64,000 nt of DNA from Vulcanimicrobiota bacterium (GCA_963714015.1 OY970223.1:2240001-2304000), one strand, 5' to 3'; shown: positions 20,942-33,698, numbered from the stretch's first letter. The notes: a model not told the origin generated them from the sequence alone. Numbers and translations: made by a program.

Positions 20942-23038
20942 ATGGCTGCAAGAGAATATCCGCTCGAGCGAACGCGCAACATCGGCATCGCCGCCCATAT
21001 CGATGCAGGCAAGACGACCTGCACCGAGCGTATTTTGTTTTACACCGGCCGCACGCACAAAATCGGCGAGGTTCACGACGGCGCCGCTACGATGGACTGG
21101 ATGGTTCAAGAGCAGGAGCGCGGGATCACGATCACGTCCGCTGCGACGGCCTGCACTTGGCGCGACACGCGAATCAACATCATAGATACGCCTGGCCACG
21201 TGGACTTCACCGTCGAGGTGGAGCGTTCGCTGCGCGTACTCGACGGTCTGGTAGCGCTCTTCGACTCGGTTGCGGCGGTGCAGCCCCAGTCCGAGACCGT
21301 TTGGCGTCAGGCAAACAAGTACCGAGTGCCGCGGATCATCTTCGTCAACAAGATGGACCGCATGGGCGCCGACTTCTTCAATGCCGTCGCCAAAATCAAA
21401 GAGCGTCTGGGCGCCAACGCCACACCGATCCAAGTGCCGATCGGTGCCGAAGACAACTTCAAGGGCGTCGTCGACCTGTTCACGATGAAGAAGGTCATCT
21501 ACACGGACGACATCGGTTCGACGACCGAGCAAGAAGACGTCGCCGGTGAGCTGAAAGAGCTCGCGCTCGAGTGGCGTCAGAATCTGGTCGAAAACATCGC
21601 CGAGCAAGATGAAGAGCTGCTCGAGATGTTCTTCGACGGCAAAGATCTGCCGATCGATCGCATGAAGGAAGCGCTGCGCAAGGCGACCATCGCCGGCACG
21701 GTGCTGCCCATGCTGTGCGGTTCTGCTTTCAAGAACAAAGGCGTGCAGCCGCTGCTCGATGCGATCGTCGAGTATCTGCCCTCGCCGCTCGAAGCCAAAC
21801 CGATCGTCGGCAAGGATCCGAAGACGGACGCGGAGATCGCGCGTAATCCCGACGACAAAGAACCGTTTGCGGCGCTGGCTTTCAAGATTGCGACCGACCC
21901 GTACGGGAACTTGACGTATTTCCGAGTATATTCGGGCACGCTCGAAAAGGGCTCGTACGTCTACAACTCGCGTTCGGGCAAGAAAGAACGCGTTGGCCGC
22001 ATTCTGCGAATGCACGCAAACCATCGCGAAGACATCGACGCGATCGGCGCCGGCGACATCGCGGCGGCGGTCGGCATGACGGACACGCGCACCGGCGATA
22101 CGCTGTGCGATGAAAAAAAGGCGATCGTGCTCGAATCGATCACGTTTCCGGAGCCGGTCATCTCCCAGGCGATCGAGCCCAAGACCAAAGGCGATCAGGA
22201 TCATCTCGGCAAGGGCCTGCAGCGCCTCGCGCAAGAGGACCCGACGTTCCGGATGTACACGGACGAAGAGACGCAGCAGACGATCATCGCCGGCATGGGC
22301 GAGTTGCATCTCGAGATCATCCTCGACCGTCTGCGCCGCGAGTTCAAGGTTGAAGCCAACGTCGGCAAACCGCAGGTCGCCTACAAAGAAGCGATCACCA
22401 AGAACGTCGAGAAGCAGGGCAAATTTGTTCGTCAGTCGGGCGGTAAAGGCCAGTACGGCGACATCTGGCTGCGCGTGGGGCCGGGCGAAGCGAATTCGGG
22501 ATTCACGTTCGACTGGAAAATCGTCGGCGGAGCGGTGCCCAAGGAGTACCAGAAGGCCGTTCAGGAAGGCATCCGCGAGGCATCGCAGAGCGGCGTGCTC
22601 GCGGGCTATCCCATCATGGACTTCCATGTCGAGGCCTTCGACGGTTCCTACCACGACGTCGACTCTTCCGAAATGGCGTTCAAGATCGCTGCGTCAATGG
22701 GTTTCAAAGAAGCCAATCGCGCTGCGGGCCCGATTTTGCTCGAGCCGATTATGAAGGTCGAAGTGACGACGCCAAAAGATTACATGGGCGCAATTACCGG
22801 AGACCTGAATCGCCGGCGCGGCATGATTCAGGCAACCGAAGAAGCTCCGGGCGGCGCGCAAGTGATCACGGCGAACGTACCGCTTTCCGAGATGTTCGGT
22901 TACGCGACGGACATGCGTTCGGCAACGCAGGGCCGGGCAACGTACACGATGGAGTTCTCGCATTACGAGAAGGCTCCGAAGTCCGTTGAGGAGGAAATCG
23001 TGGCGAAAGCCGCGGGCAAAAAAACCTCCGCCGCATAA
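20942..23038 (+). CDS. fusA: elongation factor G
   Basis: [31 protein letters not shown]. Confidence 0.99.
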   Translation: MAAREYPLERTRNIGIAAHIDAGKTTCTERILFYTGRTHKIGEVHDGAATMDWMVQEQERGITITSAATACTWRDTRINIIDTPGHVDFTVEVERSLRVLDGLVALFDSVAAVQPQSETVWRQANKYRVPRIIFVNKMDRMGADFFNAVAKIKERLGANATPIQVPIGAEDNFKGVVDLFTMKKVIYTDDIGSTTEQEDVAGELKELALEWRQNLVENIAEQDEELLEMFFDGKDLPIDRMKEALRKATIAGTVLPMLCGSAFKNKGVQPLLDAIVEYLPSPLEAKPIVGKDPKTDAEIARNPDDKEPFAALAFKIATDPYGNLTYFRVYSGTLEKGSYVYNSRSGKKERVGRILRMHANHREDIDAIGAGDIAAAVGMTDTRTGDTLCDEKKAIVLESITFPEPVISQAIEPKTKGDQDHLGKGLQRLAQEDPTFRMYTDEETQQTIIAGMGELHLEIILDRLRREFKVEANVGKPQVAYKEAITKNVEKQGKFVRQSGGKGQYGDIWLRVGPGEANSGFTFDWKIVGGAVPKEYQKAVQEGIREASQSGVLAGYPIMDFHVEAFDGSYHDVDSSEMAFKIAASMGFKEANRAAGPILLEPIMKVEVTTPKDYMGAITGDLNRRRGMIQATEEAPGGAQVITANVPLSEMFGYATDMRSATQGRATYTMEFSHYEKAPKSVEEEIVAKAAGKKTSAA

Positions 23039-23196
23039 GCCGCGCAAGGACGACGATCCCAAAAGGGATCTCAAAGACCTCAGAGATCGCATGGATCCGA
23101 AGTTTCGAAAATACGCCGAGGACCGGAAGAACCCTGAGGACCCTAAAGACCCAATAAACAAAAGATAAGCAAAGCAAAGGATACTGAGAGCGAATC

Positions 23197-24399
<1,203 letters not shown>

Positions 24400-24526
24400 G
24401 TCTTTTCCGCCGATATGTCGTTGCTCAAGGCCTCGTGTAGCAGTCAGTACACTTAGGCCTTGAGCGCCTAATCTCGACGAAAAATACCGTCGTCCTGAGT
24501 AATAAGAAATTCAAGAAAGAAAGTAA

Positions 24527-24835
24527 ATGGCTAAGCAGAAAATTCGCATCCGCCTGAAGGCGTACGATCACAAAGTGCTCGATCAATCGGCGGAGCGTAT
24601 CGTCGAGACGGCGAAGCGCACGGGTGCATTCGTCAGCGGGCCCGTTCCGCTGCCGACCGAAATCAACCGCTTCTGCGTGAATCGTTCGCCGCACGTCGAC
24701 AAGAAGTCGCGCGAACACTTCGAGATGCGCACGCACAAGCGCCTGATCGATATTCTGCAAGCCTCGCCCAAGACGATGGACGCGCTGATGCACCTCGATT
24801 TACCGGCCGGAGTCGACATCGAACTCAAAGCCTAA
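24527..24835 (+). CDS. rpsJ: 30S ribosomal protein S10
   Basis: [31 protein letters not shown]. Confidence 0.99.
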   Translation: MAKQKIRIRLKAYDHKVLDQSAERIVETAKRTGAFVSGPVPLPTEINRFCVNRSPHVDKKSREHFEMRTHKRLIDILQASPKTMDALMHLDLPAGVDIELKA

Positions 24836-24857
24836 CAGCTTAGCCCGATTATTCAAG

Positions 24858-24884
24858 ACCCCGCTGCTTCAGCGGGGTTTTTTT
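24858..24884 (+). terminator. intrinsic terminator after rpsJ
   Basis: ACCCCGCTG-CTT-CAGCGGGGT followed by a T-tract. Confidence 0.9.
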
Positions 24885-24962
24885 CTTTCGCGCCGGAGCA
24901 TGCAGCCGCACGCAGATTGACGAGGACGGAGCCCGCGACGTAAGGCCGAATCCGTTAGCTCT

Positions 24963-26528
24963 ATGCTCGCCATGCTGCTCTTTGCGGCCTTCTCCGGGTT
25001 TTCGACATACCAGCCCATTACGCTCGCTACGCCCGTTCCGCATCCGCCAAAACCGCCATGCCGCGTCACGTTATTCGAGAACCGCGCTTTCTTGGGCGAC
25101 GCGCCGTTCCTCGGACCGTATCTGCCGAAATGTACGGGACCATGGGCACGCGTCGTGCTGCACTTAAATACGCGCATCAAGGGCATGCAGTACGATCGCA
25201 TGGGAGCCCTGTGGCTGAACCGATCGGAGTTGCTGCGATTCACGACTGCCGAGCCGACGAAGCACGGCATAGCGTATTCCGTCCAGAAGGACGTTACGGC
25301 GTACGCGGCCCTGTTTCGAGCGCCCGGGTCCGTCGTGGCGGAACTTGCAAATTACGTCGACAAGCAGGATGACGGCATTTACTATTTGGACGCCTATCTG
25401 GATTTTTATCGGGCGTCTCGAGCGAATCCGGCGCCGATGGGCGCGGACGGCATACTGCCGATCGACAATGAACTGAGCGCCGTTCCCTGGAGCACCGGCG
25501 GTATGCTGACCGACCGGCTTGCGCCGCTGCCGCGAAACATCGTCGCAGCGCAGCTGGATTTATACGCGAGTAATCACGGCTGCGACGAATTCTGGTATAC
25601 GAATGTCCCCGACGCATATGCCGCCAGGCATAAGGCCGACGGTTTGTGCGGCGGCGGAACGTATCGCGAGATCGACGTCGCGATCGACGGCAGACCGGCA
25701 TCGGTCGTCTATCCGTTTCCATACATCTGGACCGGCGGCATCAATCCGCTCTTGTGGCGTCCGCTCTCGGCGATCGATACGCTGAACGTTCCGGCGTACC
25801 GGGTCGATCTCGATCCCTGGGCGGGTGTGCTCTCAGACGGTAAACCGCACACCGTTACCCTCGCGGTGTTCGATAATCGCGGCCTGTGGCCGATGGACGC
25901 GAATCTTCTGCTCTGGCGGGATCGTCGCGCCGCTCGCACCGGCGGAAAGGTCGTCGAAGATACGATTGCTCCAACCCACGTCATCACACGTGACGGCCTC
26001 GACCCTAAGGGAGGGCGGTTCGGTCAGTCGGCGGTCACGAACTGGATCGTGAAAGGGTATGTCGTGACCAGTGCGGGGGCAGTCCGGCACAGTATCCGAG
26101 CGGGGTCGTCGTTCTCGAATCACCAGCGCCTAAATTTTTCAACGGGCGAGCAGGACGCCTCGCAGGACGAGTACTTCACCTTTGCAACGCTCGCACAAAG
26201 TTCGAAAAAAACCGTAAAGAGCGTCTTCTTCGGCGCGTATCAGCTCTCGGCAAACTCCGTATATCCGCCGCTCGCGGCCGGCTCTCCGTTCGCGCTGATC
26301 GTCCGCGCCGGCGTGCAGCAACGCCGAACTCTGGTTGCGCCGGGAAGGGATGGCTGTGACTTCGTCGTCCGAGCGCGGGCGCTACTCCAGCGGCGCAAAG
26401 ACGGCCGCAGGCCCATCCAGCGCGGCGACACGTTCGAGCGCAGCCATTGCTGGGGCGTGCGGAATTCCGTGCGCTGGGCCCGCGCGCACAACGGCGCGAT
26501 CACGTCCGGTAATATAAGCAACATCTAG
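24963..26528 (+). CDS. peptide-N-glycosidase A (PNGase A family), secreted
   Basis: GMQYDR, TTAEP, GCDEFWY, YREIDVAIDG, PFPYIWTGGINPLLWRP. Confidence 0.85.
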   Translation: MLAMLLFAAFSGFSTYQPITLATPVPHPPKPPCRVTLFENRAFLGDAPFLGPYLPKCTGPWARVVLHLNTRIKGMQYDRMGALWLNRSELLRFTTAEPTKHGIAYSVQKDVTAYAALFRAPGSVVAELANYVDKQDDGIYYLDAYLDFYRASRANPAPMGADGILPIDNELSAVPWSTGGMLTDRLAPLPRNIVAAQLDLYASNHGCDEFWYTNVPDAYAARHKADGLCGGGTYREIDVAIDGRPASVVYPFPYIWTGGINPLLWRPLSAIDTLNVPAYRVDLDPWAGVLSDGKPHTVTLAVFDNRGLWPMDANLLLWRDRRAARTGGKVVEDTIAPTHVITRDGLDPKGGRFGQSAVTNWIVKGYVVTSAGAVRHSIRAGSSFSNHQRLNFSTGEQDASQDEYFTFATLAQSSKKTVKSVFFGAYQLSANSVYPPLAAGSPFALIVRAGVQQRRTLVAPGRDGCDFVVRARALLQRRKDGRRPIQRGDTFERSHCWGVRNSVRWARAHNGAITSGNISNI

Positions 26529-26618
26529 CAACTTCCCGGCGTGCGGGCGACTAGGATCGACAGTCAGGACACTGCATGGCGAGGTCGAAGTCCGAGACTT
26601 GCCTGAAAGGGGGCTGCT

Positions 26619-26855
26619 ATGGAAGTAAAACCCACCTACCTTGGAACGATGATTGCCCTGGCGACGGTCGCTTTCGGAATCATTTCGGCGCTTGCGTGGA
26701 ACAAGTTCATCACCGATCTAATCGCGCTCTTCCTCAAGCCGGGGAGCGGCGTATGGGCCGAACTGTTGTACGCCGTAGTCATCACCTTGATCGCCGTTAC
26801 CGTCATTCAAAATCTCGGCAAACTGGCCGAGCGGGGTATCGGGCCGAAGGTCTAG
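26619..26855 (+). CDS. small membrane protein (DUF5654-like)
   Basis: LATVAFG..SALAWN..I...YAVVITLIAV pattern; two hydrophobic segments. Confidence 0.7.
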   Translation: MEVKPTYLGTMIALATVAFGIISALAWNKFITDLIALFLKPGSGVWAELLYAVVITLIAVTVIQNLGKLAERGIGPKV

Positions 26856-26859
26856 GGCC

Positions 26860-29803
26860 TTAGTGTGCGGCCGCAGAGCGCCGTAAGCGTAGTTCCGCGG
26901 CAACGTGGTTGCCGTAGCCGGGAATCCGCTCGACTCGCAGCGATCGCGTCAGCCGCGAGATGATGTAGAGTCCGCGGCCGTTTTCGCTAAAGGGATTCTC
27001 GGGCAGCGACGGATTACGAACGACTCCCCTACCGCGATCCGTTACATGGAGCACGGGATGCGTTCCGCTCCACTGCAGTTGCACGTCTATCGGCCCAGGC
27101 GCGTGGCGCACGACGTTTCCGACCAGTTCACCGAAGACCAGCTCGGCCGCTTCAAAATCGCCGCGGGAGTTGGTCTTTTCGCGAAGGTACGACATGAGTT
27201 CCGTGCGCGCTTCATGCGCCGCCTGCGCGTTTTCGGCATCGAACGACCATTGGTACCCCTCGCCGAAGCGCACGGTAAGAACCGCAGTGTCGTCCTGCGA
27301 TTCGTACGGCAAACACGCATCGCAGAGAAAGCGCGCAGCACTGCGAACGTAGAGAATCGCTTCGGAACCGGCCACCGTGCGAAGACGGCTGGTTCCGAAC
27401 GCCAAATCGCGGGTCGCTTCGGTCAGGCCGTCGGTGTAAAGCATCAGCAGATCGGCGCCCTCCAGCGAGACTTCCTTTGCCGCCTCGTGATCCAAATCGC
27501 GCAGACCGAGCGGGAGACCGTCGGATCGCAGCTCCTCCACGCCGGCGCCTCGTCGCAAAAGCGGCGGCGGATGACCCGCGGCGGCAAAGCGCATCGTTTT
27601 GCGGTCGGGGGAGATAATTCCAAGGAATGCAGTCGCAATTTCGCTCGAGCCGCGCGTGCGCAGCGCGAAGTCGACGGAGTCGAGCAGACGCGCCGGATCC
27701 GTTTCGTAAAGGCACGCCATCCCCATCGCTTGGCGAAGTTTTCCCATCAAACCGGCCGCCCGCAGCCCGCGCCCGGTCACGTCGCCGACGCTCACCGCAA
27801 CCGATCCATCGCGCAGTTTGACGGCGTCGTACCAATCGCCGCCGACATCGGCTTCGCGTGAGCTCGGGCGGTACTCCGATTCAAAGCTCAATCCGGCAAT
27901 GACCGGCAGCATACCCGGTTGCGGAAGAAGCGTCCGCTGCAGCGCGTGCGCGATTCGGCGCTCGCGGTCAAGCGTGCGCGCGTGTTCGATTGCAATCGAC
28001 AGCCGGCGCCCCAGATCTTCGAACACGGGGACGTCTTCAGGGCAGTAGCGGCGATCCGCCCGGCACCAATAGACCTCGAGCGCACCGAACGACTCGCCGC
28101 GCGCGTACAGCGGGATCGTTATGCACGAGGTCGGCCCGAGCGCTTTGAGATCCGCGATGACGTACTCCCAAACGTCGGCGAGCAGTTCCCCGGCTGAAAT
28201 CTCGGCACGCAACCGAGGTCTCTCGCGCGTTAGTTCACGAACAGCGCGCTCCTCGGCTTGCGGGCGCAGAATGCGCTGACCTCGCAGTTGGTGCGCGATC
28301 TGCGCCTTGCGCCGGTCCCGATGCGCCGCTGAAACGGTTCGCAACGCCTCCCCGCCCTCCGCCAGCACGACGAATGCCAAGTCCGCCATCTCCGATACGA
28401 CGAATTCGGTCAGCCGGTCGAACGTGGACTGCAAATCGAACGACTCAAAGATCAATTCACTGGCCCGCGCGATAAAGCGCAGACGCTCAGATCGCCGCCG
28501 TTCTTCGCTATACAGACTTTGCGGTGCCAATAGCGGAAGCCGCTCTTCGCGCCACCATTTCGACGACGGCCAAATCGTCGTTGCTGAAGCTGTGGCCGGA
28601 TTCAGACGAGACGAGCGTGATCGCTCCGAGCGCCCGATTCGCCTCAGTGCCGATCGGCACGATCATGATCGAATGCATTGCCAGGTTTTGCAGAATCGTC
28701 AGATGTTCGGCGTCTGTTGCTGCTCTGCGTACGCTTTCCGGATCGATAGTAGGCATCAGGAGCGAGAGATTCTTGCGAATGGCCTTATCCACGGCTGAAC
28801 CGCGCTCGATAGGATAGCGGCCGCGAAACTGCTCGACGTAACGGATTCGTGCCGGATTACGGTGTGCGATCGAAATCGTTTCGTACCGTCCGTCCTCCTG
28901 CAGCAAAGTGATGAAGCACCAATCAGCGACGCTCGCGATCGCGAGCCGAGCGAGCTCGTTGCAGACCGCTTCAACGTCCAGAAGCGCGGTTAATGCGGCG
29001 GTGGCGTCGAGTGCGAAACGGAGGTTTGCATTCGCGCGCACCTGCTGATCGACGTCGGTCGCCGTCCCAATCCACTTGAGGATCGTTCCGGACTCGTCGC
29101 GGATAGGCACGGAGCGCGCGATGAACCACCGGTACGTTCCGTCGCGGGCGTTGCGAAGCCGGTATTCGATTTCGAACGGTTTGCCGGTTGAAAGGGCGCT
29201 GGACCAGCGGCTCCAGGTAAGATTCAGATCTTGCGGATGCACGACGTGCTTGGTACCCGTTGCCCTCATGCGCTCGACGGTCAGCGCCGTATAGTCCAGC
29301 CACGGCCGGTTAAAGTATTCGATGCTGCCGTCCGGAGCGGCGATCCAAGCAAAGTGCGGCATCGCGTCCGCAAATTCGCGAAAACGATCGCGACTGGCCG
29401 AAAGCTCGGCGACGCGGCTGGTCAACTGCGTGATGTCGGATACGGCGCCCGTAAAGCTTACAGCGCCGATTTCGCTGCCGAGCGGCGCGAGCAAAATGCG
29501 CACGGTCCGTGCAGAGTCCGCCGCGAGTTGCGCGTGAAAATCGCCTGCACCGCCCTCTTCGATGACGGCACACCAAGCCGCTTCCAACCGCGCGCGATCC
29601 GCCGGCAGAATGGCGCGTAGCCATTCGCTGCCCAAACCGTCATTACGGTCGAGTCCGAGGATCTGGAAAAAGCGCGGAGTGGCAAAAATAATCGCGCCGG
29701 TGCAGTCGGCTTGAAAAAGACCGACCGGTGCGCCTAAAGCGACGCGTTCCAATGTGCCCTGTTCAGGCGGCGCGTCCGGTTCTAAAGGACGGCTGTAAGC
29801 CAC
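26860..29803 (-). CDS. PAS-PAS-GAF-GAF-SpoIIE(PP2C)-HATPase signalling protein, frameshift near 28515
   Basis: PAS motifs (YFNRPWLDYT, VHPQD, EYRLR..DGTYRWF), GAF, PP2C motifs VGGDWYD/GDVTG/YTDGL/DDTAVL, RsbW-like ELVGNVVRH...D.G.G...ENGRGL. ORFs 28508..29803 and 26860..28530 join. Confidence 0.85.
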
Positions 29804-29864
29804 TTACTCCTCTCTACCCACTCTGTTGCATGGATACGCCTGCCCGCCCGGCGAAGGGTCGGAC

Positions 29865-30290
29865 ATGCCGATCCCTCTCCTCGAGGTGCGTGAACGAATA
29901 TTTTCGGGCACTCGCCGGCGCATCTTTCAACTTTTGGTGGACATGGGCACGTCCAACGACGTCGTGTGGCCGTTCCCGGCCCAGCCGTTCATGCGATCGC
30001 CCGGTCCGCTGACGCCGGGGAAAACCGAAGAATGGCACAACGGCTTTCACGCGGTTCTCGAGGAGGTCGTTCCGCTGGAGCGGATCGTCTGGCAGATTCG
30101 GAACGACGGTTTTGAAGGTAAACACGGCTTCTATTTGAGCGGCGACCCAAAAAAGACGACGGTTCAGCACCGCATCGAGGCAACGCTGAGCGACACGGAG
30201 GGCCGTCTGCTCTGGCGGCGCCTCGAGGACGCCAACGAACGATCGATGGAGGCTTTGTTCGACAAGATCGCCCGAGTGCTCAAACGCTGA
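29865..30290 (+). CDS. SRPBCC/START-like domain protein
   Basis: 141 aa with EVVPLERIVW and TTVQHRIE strands and a C-terminal helix; TGATG-coupled to the next gene. Confidence 0.55.
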   Translation: MPIPLLEVRERIFSGTRRRIFQLLVDMGTSNDVVWPFPAQPFMRSPGPLTPGKTEEWHNGFHAVLEEVVPLERIVWQIRNDGFEGKHGFYLSGDPKKTTVQHRIEATLSDTEGRLLWRRLEDANERSMEALFDKIARVLKR

Positions 30291-31474
30291 TGGCGACGAT
30301 GGACCAAAAGCGCGCGTCCCTCAATACGTCCGATTTTCTCGACGTTGACGCCCTTTTGACGGAAGAGGAGCGGATGATTCGGGACACGGTGCGAGCGTTC
30401 GTGCGGGATCGCGTTGGGCCCAACGTCGCCCAGTGGTTCGAAGCCGGAACGATTCCACGCGACTTTGGAAGGGAACTGGGGGAGCTCGGATTACTCGGCA
30501 TGCACTTGTCCGGCTACGGCTGTCCGGGCGTCAGTGCCGTGGCATACGGCTTGGCTTGCATGGAACTCGAGGCAGGCGATTCCGGGGTTCGCAGCTTCGC
30601 CTCGGTTCAAGGATCGCTCGCAATGTATGCGATTCACCGCTGGGGCTCCGAAGATCAGAAGCAGCGATGGCTTCCGCGAATGGCCAAGGGTGAGGCGATC
30701 GGATGCTTCGGGTTGACCGAGCCGGATTTCGGCAGCAATCCTGCGGGAATGCGAACCTTCGCCAAGCGCGACGGCGGCGATTGGGTGATCGACGGGACGA
30801 AAATGTGGATCACGAACGGATCCATAGCCGACGTAGCAATCGTCTGGGCTCAGACGGACGAAGGCATTCGCGGCTTTGCCGTGCCGCGTGACTCAAAGGG
30901 ATACTCATCGCATGATATAGAGCGCAAACTTTCGCTGCGCGCTTCGGTAACCTCAGAACTGGTGCTGCAGAATTGCCGGGTTCCGGACGATGCGGCGTTT
31001 CCGGAAGTGCGTGGTTTGCGCGGCCCCCTGGCATGCCTGAACGAGGCGCGCTACGGCATCATCTGGGGCGCCATGGGCGCGGCTCGTTCCTGCTACGAAA
31101 CCGCACTGGCTTACGCGAAGGAGCGGGTGCAATTCGACCGTCCGATCGCCGCCTACCAGCTGACGCAGGAAAAACTCGTCAACATGCTGCTCGAGATAGG
31201 GAAGGGCACGCTGCTTGCATTGCACGTGGGCCGAATGAAAGATCAGCACCGGGCGCGGCCCGAACACGTCAGCTTCGGCAAACTGAACAACGTTCGCGAA
31301 GCGTTGCGGATAACTCGCGAGGCTCGCACCATTTTGGGCGCGAGCGGGGTGACCCTGGAGTATCCGATTATTCGCCACATGAACAACCTCGAATCGGTTC
31401 TCACCTACGAAGGGACGAGCGAGGTCCACACCTTGATCTTGGGTCAAGCGATCACGGGCATGAGCGCGTTCTAA
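30290..31474 (+). CDS. acyl-CoA dehydrogenase (glutaryl-CoA dehydrogenase-like)
   Basis: GCFGLTEPDFGSNP, GTKMWITNG, KLSLRASVT, CLNEARYGI, TYEGT. Confidence 0.93.
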   Translation: MATMDQKRASLNTSDFLDVDALLTEEERMIRDTVRAFVRDRVGPNVAQWFEAGTIPRDFGRELGELGLLGMHLSGYGCPGVSAVAYGLACMELEAGDSGVRSFASVQGSLAMYAIHRWGSEDQKQRWLPRMAKGEAIGCFGLTEPDFGSNPAGMRTFAKRDGGDWVIDGTKMWITNGSIADVAIVWAQTDEGIRGFAVPRDSKGYSSHDIERKLSLRASVTSELVLQNCRVPDDAAFPEVRGLRGPLACLNEARYGIIWGAMGAARSCYETALAYAKERVQFDRPIAAYQLTQEKLVNMLLEIGKGTLLALHVGRMKDQHRARPEHVSFGKLNNVREALRITREARTILGASGVTLEYPIIRHMNNLESVLTYEGTSEVHTLILGQAITGMSAF

Positions 31475-31596
31475 GCAACCTCTAACGTCCCGAGGCCGCC
31501 AGGGGCACGTTTCTGAAACCTGCGGCTCAAATATTTCGTTTCCTAGTCGTCTCTCTCAACGCCGGAACCTACGGCGGGAGAACAAGCGAGGAAACG

Positions 31597-33698
31597 ATGC
31601 CCAATCTCTCCAGCAGAATATTCAGAAATTTGGTCGCCGCAGGGATCAGCACGGCGCTTGCCTTCTCCGGCCTTACGCCGGCGATCGCGCAAGAAGCGCC
31701 CAGCCATTCTCATGCAAGCGGCCGTGCTTCCGCAAGCTCCGGTTCACCGCAGCAGTCGTACCGCGCAACTAGTGCGCCCGAGCGTTCGTACAGCGCACCT
31801 CAGCGTTCGTACAGCGCACCTCAGCGTTCGTACAGCGCACCCGAACGCGCGTACAGCGCCCCCGAGCGTTCGTACAGCGCACCGGAGCGTTCGTACAGCG
31901 CACCTGAGCGTTCGTACAGCGCACCGGAGCGTTCGTACAGCGCCCCCGAGCGTTCGTACAGCGCACCCGAACGCGCGTATAGCGCACCCGAACGCGCGTA
32001 TAGCGCTCCGCAAGCTCCGGCACGATCGTACGATGCGCCCCAACCGCAGCAAAACCCGGTCTATCGGGCGAACACTGCGCCTCCGCGCCCGCAGCGCTCG
32101 TACGAAAGCGCGCAGCCGCAGGTGCATAAGATTGCTCCGGCGCGGCCCGCGCGGTTAGAGAGCCCTCTGCAAACAGAAGTCCATACATACACGACGCCGC
32201 GTGCAGCGGTTCGCACCTACACGGCCCCGCGCGCAGCGGTTCGCACCTACACGGCCCCGCGCGCAGCGGTTCGCACCTACACGGCCCCGCGCGCAGCGGT
32301 TCGCACGTACGCGTCCCCGCGCGCAGCGGTTCGCACGTACGCGGCGCCGCGTGCAGCGGTTCGCACCTACACGACGCCGCGAGCAGCGGTTCGCACCTAC
32401 ACGACGCCGCGTGCAGCGGTTCGCACCTACACGACGCCGCGTGCAGCGGTTCGCACCTACACGGCCCCGCGTGCAGCGGTTCGCACGTACACGGCCCCGC
32501 GAGCTTCATTTATACAGCGCGTTCGGGTGAACACGCCGCAGCGGGTTGTGGTGAAGCCTCGCGTGCAAGCTCGTACGACGCCGTTCGTGCAATACGTTCG
32601 CGTGAATGCGCCGCGGGTGCGCACGGTCCGGGAGTTGCCTTCAGTGTCGTATCGGCCGGCCGTACTTACGGGACGCGTGGTTCGCGTCGTGCGTAACAAC
32701 TATGTCGTGCTGGCTCCTCCGGCCGGACGTGAGGTGTTCGTCCGCTGCATGTGCGGAACGCAGGTTCGTGCGAACCAGTACGTGACGATTCCGGCAAACT
32801 ACAGCAACGGAAGTTACTATGCATCGGCACCGATGCAGTACTATCCGCAGGTGGCGCAGTGGTACCAAAACAACGGCGGCTACTATTCCGGGTATTCTAC
32901 CAGCTATCCGTCTCAGCTATTACGGCGGCGGTTCGCCGTACTACAACAACGCAGGATACTCATATTACGGAAACACGTCTCCCTATTATAACGGCTATCC
33001 GTACGGTAACAGTGCGTATTACGGCAATGCCCCGAATTACGGCAGCACTCCATATTACGGGACCGCGCCGTACTACGGCACCACTCCGTACAGTCCCAGC
33101 GGATATCCGTACTACGACGCGTCGACTGCATATCCGTACTACACTCCGGGCTACTACGGATCCGGCCCTTCGCTCGTCGAAGAGCTCGCCATCGGATTGC
33201 TCCCGGAGCTGATTCCTAATCTTCCTCCGCAGTACGCAGGTCTTCTCGGAGCGCTGACGGGATCGTACGGCGGTTCTGTACAGGGCGGTTCCGTACACGG
33301 GCGGATTGCCGTACACGGGCGGATTGCCGTACACGGGCGGAACCCCGTACTACGGCGGCAACACCGGTTACTATAACAACGGTTACAGCAACACGTCGCC
33401 GTATCCGAGCAACGGCTACAATGCAAGCCCGTATTACGGAAATCAATACTCCGCCGCCCCGTATGCCGGATACAACGCCGGCGGCTTGCAGCTGGCTCAG
33501 CAGCAGGTGCAGGGAGTCGTGCTCGCGCGCGACGGCAATGTGCTGATGGTGCAGAGCGGCCTGACGCCCGTGCTGGTCGATGCAAGTCCGGCTTTCCAAA
33601 ACGGCAACGCGCTCAGCGGGCCGATCGCGGCCGGCCAAGTCGTCCAGGCAATGGGTTACTACAACGGCAGCACGTTCATGGCAACAGCGCTCGAATAA
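31597..33698 (+). CDS. secreted repeat-rich, Tyr/Gly-rich low-complexity protein, frameshifts near 32912 and 33290
   Basis: Signal peptide ending PAIA-Q. Three track ORFs (31597.., 32819.., 33306..) join through one continuous YG-rich tract. Ends in a small beta-rich domain (VQGVVLARDGNVLMV...VQAMGYYNG). Confidence 0.7.
31771..32013 (+). repeat. coding tandem repeat, 21 nt x 11, (S/A)YSAP(E/Q)R
   Basis: GAGCGTTCGTACAGCGCACCN units read directly. Confidence 0.97.
32185..32505 (+). repeat. coding tandem repeat, 30 nt x 10 plus a partial unit, TYT(A/T)PRAAVR
   Basis: ACGGCCCCGCGCGCAGCGGTTCGCACCTAC units read directly. Confidence 0.97.

Noticed and set aside
20864..22654. Long antisense ORFs over fusA, and likewise over tuf, rplB, secY and others
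   Set aside because: These are shadow ORFs expected from high-GC codon bias opposite well-conserved genes and show no recognisable motifs
31771..32505. Tandem repeats as a CRISPR array
   Set aside because: The units are head-to-tail with no unique spacers, are multiples of 3 and in frame with synonymous variation, and no cas genes are present
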